From contig JAZTXD010000102.1 of NCBI GenBank assembly GCA_045636265.1, forward strand, positions 5,034-69,033: a stretch of DNA of 64,000 nucleotides, in the 5' to 3' direction. Position 1 is the first letter of the stretch; the number at the start of each line of letters is the position of its first letter. Under the pieces are notes generated by a model that was given only the letters and a program-made list of their open reading frames with translations, was not told the origin of the DNA and searched no databases. The DNA is from Candidatus Flemingiibacterium sp. (GTDB lineage: Bacteria > Bacillota > Clostridia > Oscillospirales > CAG-272). This document shows, one piece after another, positions 18,918 through 28,190 of the stretch. Position numbers and translations under genes: made by a program.

Positions 18918-20357
18918 TTACTCAAGAGTAACGTATACGGAAGTTGATGCACTGCTCGAAGAACCGAGAGTAAAGTTGACCTGAATATAATACCCTGTTG
19001 CCTCCTCGGGAACGGTTCCGGTGATCTTTCCGGTTTCGGTATCTATTGTAAGACACTCTTTATCTACAGTCCATTTTGTTGTGAGCTTGGCATTCTCGTT
19101 ATCGGTGCCTTTATTTTCGAGCGGGTATTCCATCGGTGCGGTGAGGTAGTAGAGCTCTGCGCTTATTACGCGCTTTATTCCCTCGGGGATGCTTACGGTG
19201 CAGTCGATCTCGCGTCCCTCCGGTTGTGTGTCAAACGTGACATATCCACCCTCTCCGAATACTACCCAGTTTGCGAATATGAGGTTTTGCGCGTTGTTGA
19301 CGTAAACGGTTTTATGGCTGTGTCCCCAATTAGCGCGCATGTAGAGCACATTCTTTTCGTTGAAGCCTTCGGTGTGCTGGTAGGATTTGACGTATGCCGG
19401 AACTCCGAAGTTGCCGTCATCGTTGTACGCATACCAGAATATAGGCATCTTTGCATTGTCAAGATTTCTTTCCGCCGCCCAGAGTGCGTCGACGTATTCG
19501 TTATCGAAGTTTCTGAACGGACGGCTTTCATCGCCAAGGTAAGCCGTTCCGTAAACTGGGATCGCAAATGCGTATCTGTTGTCGTATCCGATTACCTGCG
19601 AGGTCATAACACCGCCCCACGAAATACCGGTGATACCGATATTGTTGATATCAACACGCTCGTCCTGACGGAGAATGTTGTGCGCGAGGATGACCTGCGT
19701 GAGTCCGTGATATGCCCACTGATCTTCGACCTCCATATATTCCGTTGAATAGAAGCGGTCGGGAGCAAGTGTGTAGCCTTCCTCTGCGAAAACGCCGTGA
19801 AGCTCGTAGATGAACATGTGATTTTCGTATTCATCCACGCCTGCATTTCGAGCGCTGGGGAAGTAGCCGGTGGTTTCCATTGCTATAGCGGCATATCCGC
19901 TCTTGTTCCACTTTTCTACCCACTCGAGATACGGATGTCCGCCGCCGCCGTGTACGAGTACAATCGCAGGAACGGGATTCTCAGCGCTCGCACCCTCGGG
20001 GAAGCCCATGTATGCGAACACTTTGGTCTTCTGTCCCTGATAATCAAATCCGTCATAGGTTATTGCTTTGATGTGATCGTATTTAGCGATGTCGGGGTTG
20101 TATTCTTCGATTTCTTTATAAACAACCTCTGTGTTGATTGCGCGGTCCATAGCCGCTTTGATTTCGGCGCGCTGTGTTTCGATAGATTTCATGCCGTTAT
20201 CCTCGTTTGTGTTATCTTCGGTGGAAGTGTCAGTGCTTGCTGCGGTGTCAGCAGTGGTGTCCGTGTCCGAATCCAGGGGCGGTTTGGTGTTTTGGCAGGA
20301 ATAAAGTGTGGAACAAAGGATTGCGAGAAGTAGGAGCGCTGAAAGTTTTTTCATCAT
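18918..20357 (-). CDS. Secreted lipoprotein, alpha/beta-hydrolase fold (esterase-like)
   Basis: Signal peptide with lipobox (LLLLAILCSTLYSC). LVHGGGGHP oxyanion-type motif and GxSxG nucleophile elbow (GISWGG). Substrate not assignable. Confidence 0.6.
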   Translation of the reverse strand: MMKKLSALLLLAILCSTLYSCQNTKPPLDSDTDTTADTAASTDTSTEDNTNEDNGMKSIETQRAEIKAAMDRAINTEVVYKEIEEYNPDIAKYDHIKAITYDGFDYQGQKTKVFAYMGFPEGASAENPVPAIVLVHGGGGHPYLEWVEKWNKSGYAAIAMETTGYFPSARNAGVDEYENHMFIYELHGVFAEEGYTLAPDRFYSTEYMEVEDQWAYHGLTQVILAHNILRQDERVDINNIGITGISWGGVMTSQVIGYDNRYAFAIPVYGTAYLGDESRPFRNFDNEYVDALWAAERNLDNAKMPIFWYAYNDDGNFGVPAYVKSYQHTEGFNEKNVLYMRANWGHSHKTVYVNNAQNLIFANWVVFGEGGYVTFDTQPEGREIDCTVSIPEGIKRVISAELYYLTAPMEYPLENKGTDNENAKLTTKWTVDKECLTIDTETGKITGTVPEEATGYYIQVNFTLGSSSSASTSVYVTLE

Positions 20358-20398
20358 AGTGTGCTATCCTTTCTTGATAAAGTTTATTTTGCAGCAAA

Positions 20399-22408
20399 TT
20401 ATTTCGTAACCTTTACCGCTCTTGCAAACTCCGTGCCGTCCGTTGCTATCTGTGCAACCTCGATATCCTCGGGCTTGGAATTTACATCCTTAACCATAAG
20501 CGTACAGTCGTCCATGAGCAGAGTATCTTTGGCGTCTCCGTCAACTATTACCTTACTGTATTCGTTGAAGCCCAGTCCGTAGACATACAGCGAACCCGCG
20601 GAGTATTCAAATGAATCAATTATCGGATATCTTGTTCCGATAACCATATCTGTTGCTTGATGCGTGGCATCCTCGCTGTAAAGCTGCTCGTAGGTAAGGG
20701 TTTTGAGAATGTCATCGTACATCTCGCCGGTTTCAAATTCATGCTGGTGGAGCTTTGTGATATCGCCCTCTGACACACCGCAAAGCTTCTGGATATACGC
20801 CGCAAGCTGATATGTTTCAAGATCGAGGTCGAGAGAGTTTACATCTCCGTCCTCTAAAAGACCGTCGAGTGTGAGATTGGTTTTAATAATGTATTCGCTT
20901 TGGTAGAGGTTACCGCTTTCAAGCTGTTCCTCTGTAAGCGGAAGCGCGGGGAGGTGGTCGCCGTAGAATACGAGAACGTAGGGCTCGCCAGTCTGATCCA
21001 TGAGATCGCAGATGCCCTCAATGGCTTTATCCATGTCATTTATAAGGTTTGCGTAGAAGTAGTACTGATAGTATTCCTTCGGATCCTCAAGACCGTATAC
21101 GTCTATCGGATCATCAAGATTCGGGACAATATCGTCAACCTTCCAGTGAGGATAACCGCCGTGACCCTCGACGCTTACGGCGAATACGAAGTCAGGTCCT
21201 TCGGTTGAGTTGAGTGCGGAGTTTATTTCACCGATCAGAATATCGTCTGTACACCATGTAAGATAGGTGCGCTTGATGCCTGACATCATCTCAAGCGGTG
21301 TGAATGTGTCAAATCCGAGATTCGGGTATACAATGTTTCTTCCGTAGAATACACCGGTGTGGTTGTGTATTGCGTGTGTGGAGTAGTCTATTGCCTTGAA
21401 ATTTGCGGCGATGCTTTCGCAGGCTCTGTTTTTGAGTACCGTGGTGTACGGGAACTCACCCAGTCCGAAGTGATCGAGATTCATACCCGTGAGAAATTCA
21501 AACTCAACGTTTGCGGTGCCGCCACCGATATGTGAAACCTGAAGAGCACCGGAGATGCACTCATCTCTGAGCTTGGAAAAGTACGGAATGGGATCTCTTG
21601 AAAATTCAACGCCTTTCACAAGCTTCGGGTCAAAGAAGGATTCAAGCTGTACAACCACAACGTTGGGGGCCTTTGACATATCAACGTATACGGGAGTGTT
21701 ATCGTTATCGTCCAACTTATCCATAAACTCGTCTTTTTTATCTATTGCCTCGTCGTCAGGCTTTTCCACGCCGTGGACGAATATGCTTCTTGTGAAGCAA
21801 TATGCAAATCCCTTTTTGTCATATGATACGATAACATTCTGCGACTGTAGCGGTATTGCGGATACAACAAGCATCATGACTGCGCACAGCACTGCCGCCG
21901 CACCGACGCTTATTAAAGATGCGGTGTAGTTCACCTTGCTCTTCGGGCATTTGATAAAGAAAATCACGATGCCGGCTATTACAGCAACTATAGCCACGCA
22001 GATAAGTATAATGGTTGGTATAGATAAGTAGGCATCAACAACGTCGAGTGCCTCGCTCATTATAAGGAAGTCTATTGCCGAGAGGGGAGAAGGGCGGAAG
22101 CTGATGAGTACGGCGTTTGTGATACCGAGTGCCAGCCAGAGCACCGATACAAGCGTGAGCATTGCAATGCGGCGCTTCAAGAGCAGACAGAGCATCATCG
22201 TTGCAAACAGGATGCTGAAGTTTGCAAGAAACATATGTGGCGCTGTGACGGTGTGTATAAGCGCATTAATCAGAGAATGTCTTGCACATATTTCAAGTAT
22301 GAGATTGAAAATGAATGCGACTGCCGCTATTATCGGTATGGCAAATTTAAGCGGTGCATCCGTAAACTTTTTTATAGGCGTGTATATATATTTAAAAACC
22401 TTTTGCAT
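20399..22408 (-). CDS. LTA synthase (LtaS) family sulfatase-domain membrane protein
   Basis: Multi-TM N-terminus followed by an extracytoplasmic sulfatase-like domain (VVVVQLESFFDP, HIGGGTANVEFEFLTG). Confidence 0.78.
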   Translation of the reverse strand: MQKVFKYIYTPIKKFTDAPLKFAIPIIAAVAFIFNLILEICARHSLINALIHTVTAPHMFLANFSILFATMMLCLLLKRRIAMLTLVSVLWLALGITNAVLISFRPSPLSAIDFLIMSEALDVVDAYLSIPTIILICVAIVAVIAGIVIFFIKCPKSKVNYTASLISVGAAAVLCAVMMLVVSAIPLQSQNVIVSYDKKGFAYCFTRSIFVHGVEKPDDEAIDKKDEFMDKLDDNDNTPVYVDMSKAPNVVVVQLESFFDPKLVKGVEFSRDPIPYFSKLRDECISGALQVSHIGGGTANVEFEFLTGMNLDHFGLGEFPYTTVLKNRACESIAANFKAIDYSTHAIHNHTGVFYGRNIVYPNLGFDTFTPLEMMSGIKRTYLTWCTDDILIGEINSALNSTEGPDFVFAVSVEGHGGYPHWKVDDIVPNLDDPIDVYGLEDPKEYYQYYFYANLINDMDKAIEGICDLMDQTGEPYVLVFYGDHLPALPLTEEQLESGNLYQSEYIIKTNLTLDGLLEDGDVNSLDLDLETYQLAAYIQKLCGVSEGDITKLHQHEFETGEMYDDILKTLTYEQLYSEDATHQATDMVIGTRYPIIDSFEYSAGSLYVYGLGFNEYSKVIVDGDAKDTLLMDDCTLMVKDVNSKPEDIEVAQIATDGTEFARAVKVTK

Positions 22409-22505
22409 GGAGCTTTATTCCTTTCGCAAAATACAAGTATTCACGATAATATCATACGTGATTATATCACAATACTGTGAATATTCATGGAACATACTTG
22501 CGATA

Positions 22506-23462
22506 TTATTTAAATTCTTCAAGAAACCATATTTTGTCGCGGTCTATACTGAAGCTCTTACCGTTCAGATAGTCAAGCGCGCCGCCGTGTTCCTTGAAAC
22601 GGAATTCGAGTCTGTATGCAAAAAGCGCCTGAAATTTATAGCCGAGCTTTTTGTCGTCGCGGTTTATGCCGTACTTGCCGTCGCCAAGAAGCGGATGACC
22701 GATAGATGAGAAGTGCGCGCGTATCTGATGCGTGCGCCCGGTGACAAGCTCGACCTCAACGAGTGACAGATCGCGCTTTTCGTCAATTACGCGGTATTTC
22801 GTGATTATCTGCTTATAGCCCTGTCTTGGGGTGGGTATGATGTCAACAATATTGTTTGCGCTGTCCTTTTTGAGATAACCCGTGAGTGTATCCGACTTTT
22901 TCGGGAGCCTGCCATGTACTGCCGCGAGATAGAATTTTGACAGCTCGTCGTTTTTTATCTTCTCGTTCATTATGCGAAGTGCTTCGGCATTTTTTGCCGC
23001 TATTACGATACCGCCGGTGTTGCGGTCGATACGGTTGCACAGCGCCGGAGCGAAGGATTGCTCGTTTTTCGGGTCATATTCTCCCTTGCGGTATAGATAC
23101 GCCTTGACGTGGCTTATGAGCGTGTTTACGTCCTCCTTGTCATCCGAGTGGACAATGAGCCCCGGACGCTTGTCAAGTAGCATGATGTTGTCGTCCTCAT
23201 ACACGATATCAAGACGCGGCGTCAGCTTCATGAACGCCTCTTCTGTGGCTGTGTCAGAGAAAAATTCTTCCGCGATGAAAAGCTCCACGGAGTCGCTCTC
23301 GTTTAGGATATAGCCGATTTCCGTACGCTTGCGGTTGACCTTGATTTTTTTTGTGCGTATGGCTTTGTACATAAGCGACTTTGGGAGCGCTTTTACAGCT
23401 TTTGTAAGAAATTTGTCGAGCCGCTGTCCGGCATCGTTTTGTTTTATATAAAGAGTTCGCAT
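22506..23462 (-). CDS. RluA-family 23S rRNA pseudouridine synthase (RluD/RluC-like)
   Basis: N-terminal S4-like RLDKFL, catalytic-loop motif NRIDRNTGGIVIAAKN and C-terminal GRTHQIRAH. Confidence 0.87.
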   Translation of the reverse strand: MRTLYIKQNDAGQRLDKFLTKAVKALPKSLMYKAIRTKKIKVNRKRTEIGYILNESDSVELFIAEEFFSDTATEEAFMKLTPRLDIVYEDDNIMLLDKRPGLIVHSDDKEDVNTLISHVKAYLYRKGEYDPKNEQSFAPALCNRIDRNTGGIVIAAKNAEALRIMNEKIKNDELSKFYLAAVHGRLPKKSDTLTGYLKKDSANNIVDIIPTPRQGYKQIITKYRVIDEKRDLSLVEVELVTGRTHQIRAHFSSIGHPLLGDGKYGINRDDKKLGYKFQALFAYRLEFRFKEHGGALDYLNGKSFSIDRDKIWFLEEFK

Positions 23463-23481
23463 ATTTTCTCCAATTCCTAAA

Positions 23482-24012
23482 CTACTGTTTATCTATAGAC
23501 GAAATATCCACAAGGGTGGGATGTTCGGCAACTTTTTCTTTTGAACAAACACCGATACCGTATCCGTCAAATTCAAAATATGAGTATGACATGTCGGTGT
23601 CAAACACACAAAAGCTCGAGAGGGGACATGAAAATCCCTCGCCGGTGTATTTTATATAGCTTTCCTTTTTACACCAAATCTCAAAGAAACGCTTCACAGG
23701 GGACACTTTGACATACTCGGCTTCATCCGGTGTAAAATATCGGCTTGCGATACGCAGAAGACGTTCATCTTCGCCGTCTATTTCTTCAATATCGGCACCG
23801 ATTTCAACGTCGGATATTGCCGCAAGGCATCGTCCGTTTGAGTGGGAAAGGCTTATGTGAGCAGGGAAGCCGTCAAAGTACGGTTTCCCGTTTTTGTCCT
23901 TTTTTAGTTCGGCAGAGATGCCGCATACATCAAAGAGCGCATAACGCGCAAGCTCCGCCGCCGCAGCGTGCTCGTTTTCTATAGTGCACCTGCAAATATA
24001 CAGTTTTATCAT
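23482..24012 (-). CDS. Sfp-type 4'-phosphopantetheinyl transferase
   Basis: GKPYF...ISLSHSNG and WCKKESYIKYTGEG motifs. Confidence 0.78.
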   Translation of the reverse strand: MIKLYICRCTIENEHAAAAELARYALFDVCGISAELKKDKNGKPYFDGFPAHISLSHSNGRCLAAISDVEIGADIEEIDGEDERLLRIASRYFTPDEAEYVKVSPVKRFFEIWCKKESYIKYTGEGFSCPLSSFCVFDTDMSYSYFEFDGYGIGVCSKEKVAEHPTLVDISSIDKQ

Positions 24013-24075
24013 GCGCCGCTCCTATCACAAAATGCGACAAAAGGGTGAGCACATCCGTGCTGCACCCAATATCGG

Positions 24076-24918
24076 TTAAATATCCTTGATTTCGTGTGGC
24101 TGTATTACCGCGCTCACGCGCTGTTTTCTGTCGGACCAGATTATCTTTCTGGGGCACTTGGCAACACAGTCGCCGCACTGCACGCATTTATCGTAGTCGA
24201 TAGCGGCGACACCGCCGTTTACGTGTATAGCATCATGCTTGCAGGCTTTTTCGCAAAGGTGACAGCTTATGCAGCCAACCTCGCAGTATGTTCTCGTTAC
24301 AGCGCCCTTGTCAACGGACATGCAGCCAACCCAGTGCTTTGACTCATACGGGATGAGGCGGATGATGTGCTTCGGACACGCTTCAACGCAGCGTCCGCAC
24401 GCCTGACACTTTTCATAATCAACAACCGCAACTCCGTTTACAACGCTTATTGCATCGAATATGCACGCATTGATGCACGTACCAAGACCGGTACAGCCGT
24501 TAGGACAAATCTTATCGCCGCCGCTCATTTTCGAAGCGGCAAAGCAATCCTCGGCACCGTTATAAATGTACTTTTTCTTGGCATATTCCGCGGTTCCGGA
24601 ACACATAACCTGTGCGCGAAGACGTATCGGCTTTTCTGCAGGTACACCCATTATTGCGGCAAGCTTTGCAGCCAGCTCCTCGTCACCGGCAACGCACGCG
24701 GATGTTTTAGCCTCGCCGTTTGCGATAGCCTCGGCAAGTGCCGTACATCCTGCATATCCGCATCCGCCGCAGTTTGCGCCGGGCAGAAGCTCGGATATTT
24801 CAGCAACCTTTTCCTCGGTTTTCACAAAGAACACCTTTGAAGCTATTGCGAGAAGCAGACCCATAACAGCGCCGAGGATAGCAAACCACATAACAGCGAA
24901 GAGAATGTTTTCTATCAT
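24076..24918 (-). CDS. rnfB: Rnf electron transport complex subunit B
   Basis: N-terminal TM, CGGCGYAGC cluster motif and several CxxCxxCxxxCP ferredoxin motifs. Last gene of the rnf operon. Confidence 0.9.
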   Translation of the reverse strand: MIENILFAVMWFAILGAVMGLLLAIASKVFFVKTEEKVAEISELLPGANCGGCGYAGCTALAEAIANGEAKTSACVAGDEELAAKLAAIMGVPAEKPIRLRAQVMCSGTAEYAKKKYIYNGAEDCFAASKMSGGDKICPNGCTGLGTCINACIFDAISVVNGVAVVDYEKCQACGRCVEACPKHIIRLIPYESKHWVGCMSVDKGAVTRTYCEVGCISCHLCEKACKHDAIHVNGGVAAIDYDKCVQCGDCVAKCPRKIIWSDRKQRVSAVIQPHEIKDI

Positions 24919-24948
24919 TGGTAATTCCTTTCCCGTCTTAGCGATAAA

Positions 24949-25536
24949 TCAGAACTTCATGCCGGAAAATCCGGAGAATGCCATCGCGATAAGTCCTGCG
25001 GCGATGAGTGCGATCGGTGTGCCGCGGAAGCTTTTCGGAGGTCTTGCGAGCGATATACGCACGCGAACACCGGCGAATATTACGATAGCAAGCGTAAATC
25101 CCGCTGCCGAGGAAAATCCGTATGCAAGGGACTTCACAAAATCGTAGTCGTTCTGTATGTTGAGAAGCGCCGAACCGAGCACCGCACAGTTTGTTGTGAT
25201 GAGCGGCAGGTAGATACCGAGCGCTCCGTAAAGAGCGGGAACGAACTTACGAAGAAACATTTCGATAAGCTGTACAAGAGATGCGATTATGAGTATGAAC
25301 GCGATAGTTTCAAGATACTCAAGTCCGAACGGCGCGAGCATCAGATGATACACAAGCCATGTTGCCGCACTCGAGAGCGTCATGACGAACATTACCGCAA
25401 AACCCATTCCAAGCGCCGTATCCGGCTTTTCGGACACGCCGAGGAACGGACAGATTCCGAGAAATTTAACGAATATGTAGTTCTCCACAAGCACAGCCGT
25501 GAGCATGAGGAGCAAAACTTCAACTAAATAATCCAT
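24949..25536 (-). CDS. rnfA: Rnf electron transport complex subunit A
   Basis: 195-aa polytopic protein with VENYIFVKFLGICPFLGVS. Confidence 0.92.
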   Translation of the reverse strand: MDYLVEVLLLMLTAVLVENYIFVKFLGICPFLGVSEKPDTALGMGFAVMFVMTLSSAATWLVYHLMLAPFGLEYLETIAFILIIASLVQLIEMFLRKFVPALYGALGIYLPLITTNCAVLGSALLNIQNDYDFVKSLAYGFSSAAGFTLAIVIFAGVRVRISLARPPKSFRGTPIALIAAGLIAMAFSGFSGMKF

Positions 25537-26277
25537 TTACGCTTCCTCCTTTGTGCTGATCTCTGTGCCATCGTCGGTGACGCTTCCCGTTGCCGCCTGG
25601 TTTTCTGCGGCGATTTGTGCTTCTATCTCGGCGCGTTTTTCGGCTTCTTTTTTAGCCTTCTGCTTTTCTTTGATAGTTCCCATTATCTTATTCATGATTG
25701 CAATAAGACAGCCGAGCGTTAAAAATGCGCCGGACGGGAGAATAAAGATTATTGCCGGCTCATATGCCTCAGGGAGTACGGGGATTCCGGCAAAGTTTCC
25801 GGAGCCGAGAAGCTCACGTACAGCGGCAAGCAGTATCAGCGCGAGTGTGAATCCGAGTCCCATTGCAACGCCGTCTATGGCGGAGGGAAGTACGGAATTC
25901 TTTGATGCGAAGGATTCCGCACGCGCGAGGATGATACAGTTTACAACGATAAGCGGAATGAAAAGTCCGAGGGATTTGTCAAGGTCCGGCAGATATGCTT
26001 TGATGAGAAGCTGAACCGCGGTTACAAATCCGGAGATGATTACGATATACGATGCTATTCGTATCTGCTTGGGGATGAATTTGCGAAGCAGGGATATAAA
26101 CACGTTTGAACATATAAGAACTGCCGTGGTGGCAAGTCCCATGCCTATCGCGTTAGTTACCGATGTGGTAACGGCGAGCGTTGCACACATACCGAGAAGC
26201 TGCATGAATACGGGATTTTTAAAGAAAAGCCCGTCAAGCATCTGATTTTTGAAGTCTTTAGCTGTGTACTTACTCAT
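25537..26277 (-). CDS. rnfE: Rnf electron transport complex subunit E
   Basis: NPVFMQLLGMCATLAVTT and IPLIVVNCIILARAE motifs. Has a charged C-terminal tail. Confidence 0.92.
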   Translation of the reverse strand: MSKYTAKDFKNQMLDGLFFKNPVFMQLLGMCATLAVTTSVTNAIGMGLATTAVLICSNVFISLLRKFIPKQIRIASYIVIISGFVTAVQLLIKAYLPDLDKSLGLFIPLIVVNCIILARAESFASKNSVLPSAIDGVAMGLGFTLALILLAAVRELLGSGNFAGIPVLPEAYEPAIIFILPSGAFLTLGCLIAIMNKIMGTIKEKQKAKKEAEKRAEIEAQIAAENQAATGSVTDDGTEISTKEEA

Positions 26278-26837
26278 TTCGCACCCCCCTCACCGAAAAC
26301 AGAGCTGTGGAGCGAAATTGCCTTTTCCACCGTGTCGCGGATTGCGTTGCTCGAAATGGTAGAGCCGGTTATAACGTCGATTCCGGATTTAATGGATTCG
26401 CTGTCCCGACCGGTGTACTGTGAAAGATGAGCAGCTTCACCGACACGGTTTCCGAGTCCGGGGGTTTCCGAATGGGAAATAAGCTTGACACCCACGACCT
26501 TGCCGCTTGAGTCAACGCCGACCATAACGGTCATCTCGCCTCCGAAGCCCATAGTGTTAAGCTCGGCGGCGTATCCGATCTTTTCGGAATCTGAATATAT
26601 TTCGTAAAGCGCGGAAATGCCATCGGGGGCAGGCTCCATGGGCTCACAAAGTGTAAACTGTGTGAAGATGGACTCGATTGCCGCATTTTTTTCTTTTGCA
26701 ATATTTTCTGCGATCTTATCCTTGGTGAGCGCATTTACACAAGACAGAAGCAGTGCAGTTACCGTGCTTATTATAAGCAGCTTTACTGTAATGCCGAGGA
26801 TGAATTTAACATCACTTTGCTTTTGCAATCTTTCCAC
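26274..26837 (-). CDS. rnfG: Rnf electron transport complex subunit G (FMN-binding)
   Basis: N-terminal TM, FMN_bind domain and ITGSTISS flavinylation motif. Confidence 0.85.
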   Translation of the reverse strand: MERLQKQSDVKFILGITVKLLIISTVTALLLSCVNALTKDKIAENIAKEKNAAIESIFTQFTLCEPMEPAPDGISALYEIYSDSEKIGYAAELNTMGFGGEMTVMVGVDSSGKVVGVKLISHSETPGLGNRVGEAAHLSQYTGRDSESIKSGIDVITGSTISSNAIRDTVEKAISLHSSVFGEGGAK

Positions 26838-28113
26838 CTCCGAATCTTGTGGGCTTCGTGTAGCGGTCGATGTACCACACGAGCAGGTTCATTATGAGAA
26901 TAGAGAAGGACACGCCCTCGGGATAACCGCCAAAGTAGCGGATGAGTACCGTGAGCACACCGCATCCGATGCCGTATATAATGCGGCCCTTGTTGGTTAT
27001 CGGGGATGTAGCGTAATCGGTTGCCATGAAAATGGCGCCGAGGAACAAGCCGCCGGAGAATATCTGCCAGAGCGCAAAATTAAGCGGATCTGTACCAAGC
27101 GGGAAGATAAACGTGAGTGCGAACACCGTTCCTATGTAAGCCACGGGAATATGCCATGTTACAACGCGTCGAACGAGCATGTACACAAAGCCTGCGGCAA
27201 GCAGAAACGCGGAAACTTCACCGATGCATCCGTTCTCATAGCCGATAATGGCATCGAATATGGTTTGGTTTGCGGGTGCTACGCCTTCGTTCAGCGAAGA
27301 AAGTGTTGTTGCGCTTGCCACAACATCGGGGGCACCGATAGCGAATGCGGAGAATTTTTCTCCCACTGCAGCAAACGTGTTCATAAACGCGGGCCACGCA
27401 AAGAGGAATACTCTTGCCGTGAGCGCGGGATTCATAAAGTTTTTGCCAAGTCCGCCAAAGAGCTGCTTAACAACGACTATTGCAAACACTGCACCCACAG
27501 CCGGAAGCCACAGCGGAACTGTTGCCGGCAGGTTGAGCGCGAGTATGATTCCCGTTACAACCGCGGAAAAGTCAAGTACGGTAACCGGCTTTTTAAGAAG
27601 CTTTTCATAAGCAAATTCCGCAAGAACCGCAAAGATAACGGAAACGAGCGTTACCGTGAGTGCGCGCCATCCGTAAATGTAGACGCCCCAGATAAGCGCC
27701 GGCATGAGCGCTATGCAAACGTCAAGCATGATAGCGCGTGTTGTGGTGTGTGTGCGGATATGCGGGGACGGTGTTACGGTTAATAGCTCGGGATAGTCAA
27801 CGCCCGGAACTTCGGGTTCTTGCTCTTCCCCTGTTTCTGCTGCTTCGTCGAGAAAAAAACTGTCTTCCCCGTCGGAGTCAAACTGTATGTCGAGGAAATC
27901 TTCTCCGGTTGAATCTGCAACCTTTGAAAGCGCTGCGGATACTTTCTTTGAAATGTCTTCATTTTCGACAGATACGTTGCTTGCTGATTCATTGACAAGG
28001 GACGAAAGCGCTTTCTCAGCCGCTTTTTTTAAGTCGGTCTGATTAAACCCGGAAGGTTCTGTTTTTGGCTCTGTATTTTTGTTGTTAGATTTTTTTGCCA
28101 TAATAACAACCAT
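26812..28113 (-). CDS. rnfD: Rnf electron transport complex subunit D with about 110-aa acidic N-terminal extension
   Basis: Core starts at LTVTPSPHIR. FMATDYATSP flavinylation motif. Start codon uncertain (28113 or 28101). Confidence 0.88.
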   Translation of the reverse strand: MVVIMAKKSNNKNTEPKTEPSGFNQTDLKKAAEKALSSLVNESASNVSVENEDISKKVSAALSKVADSTGEDFLDIQFDSDGEDSFFLDEAAETGEEQEPEVPGVDYPELLTVTPSPHIRTHTTTRAIMLDVCIALMPALIWGVYIYGWRALTVTLVSVIFAVLAEFAYEKLLKKPVTVLDFSAVVTGIILALNLPATVPLWLPAVGAVFAIVVVKQLFGGLGKNFMNPALTARVFLFAWPAFMNTFAAVGEKFSAFAIGAPDVVASATTLSSLNEGVAPANQTIFDAIIGYENGCIGEVSAFLLAAGFVYMLVRRVVTWHIPVAYIGTVFALTFIFPLGTDPLNFALWQIFSGGLFLGAIFMATDYATSPITNKGRIIYGIGCGVLTVLIRYFGGYPEGVSFSILIMNLLVWYIDRYTKPTRFGGGKIAKAK

Positions 28114-28190
28114 AGCTTTCGCGCAGATACAACTACACCTGCAAAAGCTTCCTTTCCATGCGTGAAAATTTATTTTCTCGCCGTATTGGC

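Noticed and set aside
26617-27783. A 388-aa plus-strand ORF overlapping rnfG and rnfD.
   Set aside because: It is antisense to two genes of an intact rnfCDGEAB operon, and its Cys/Arg/His-rich composition is implausible for a real protein.
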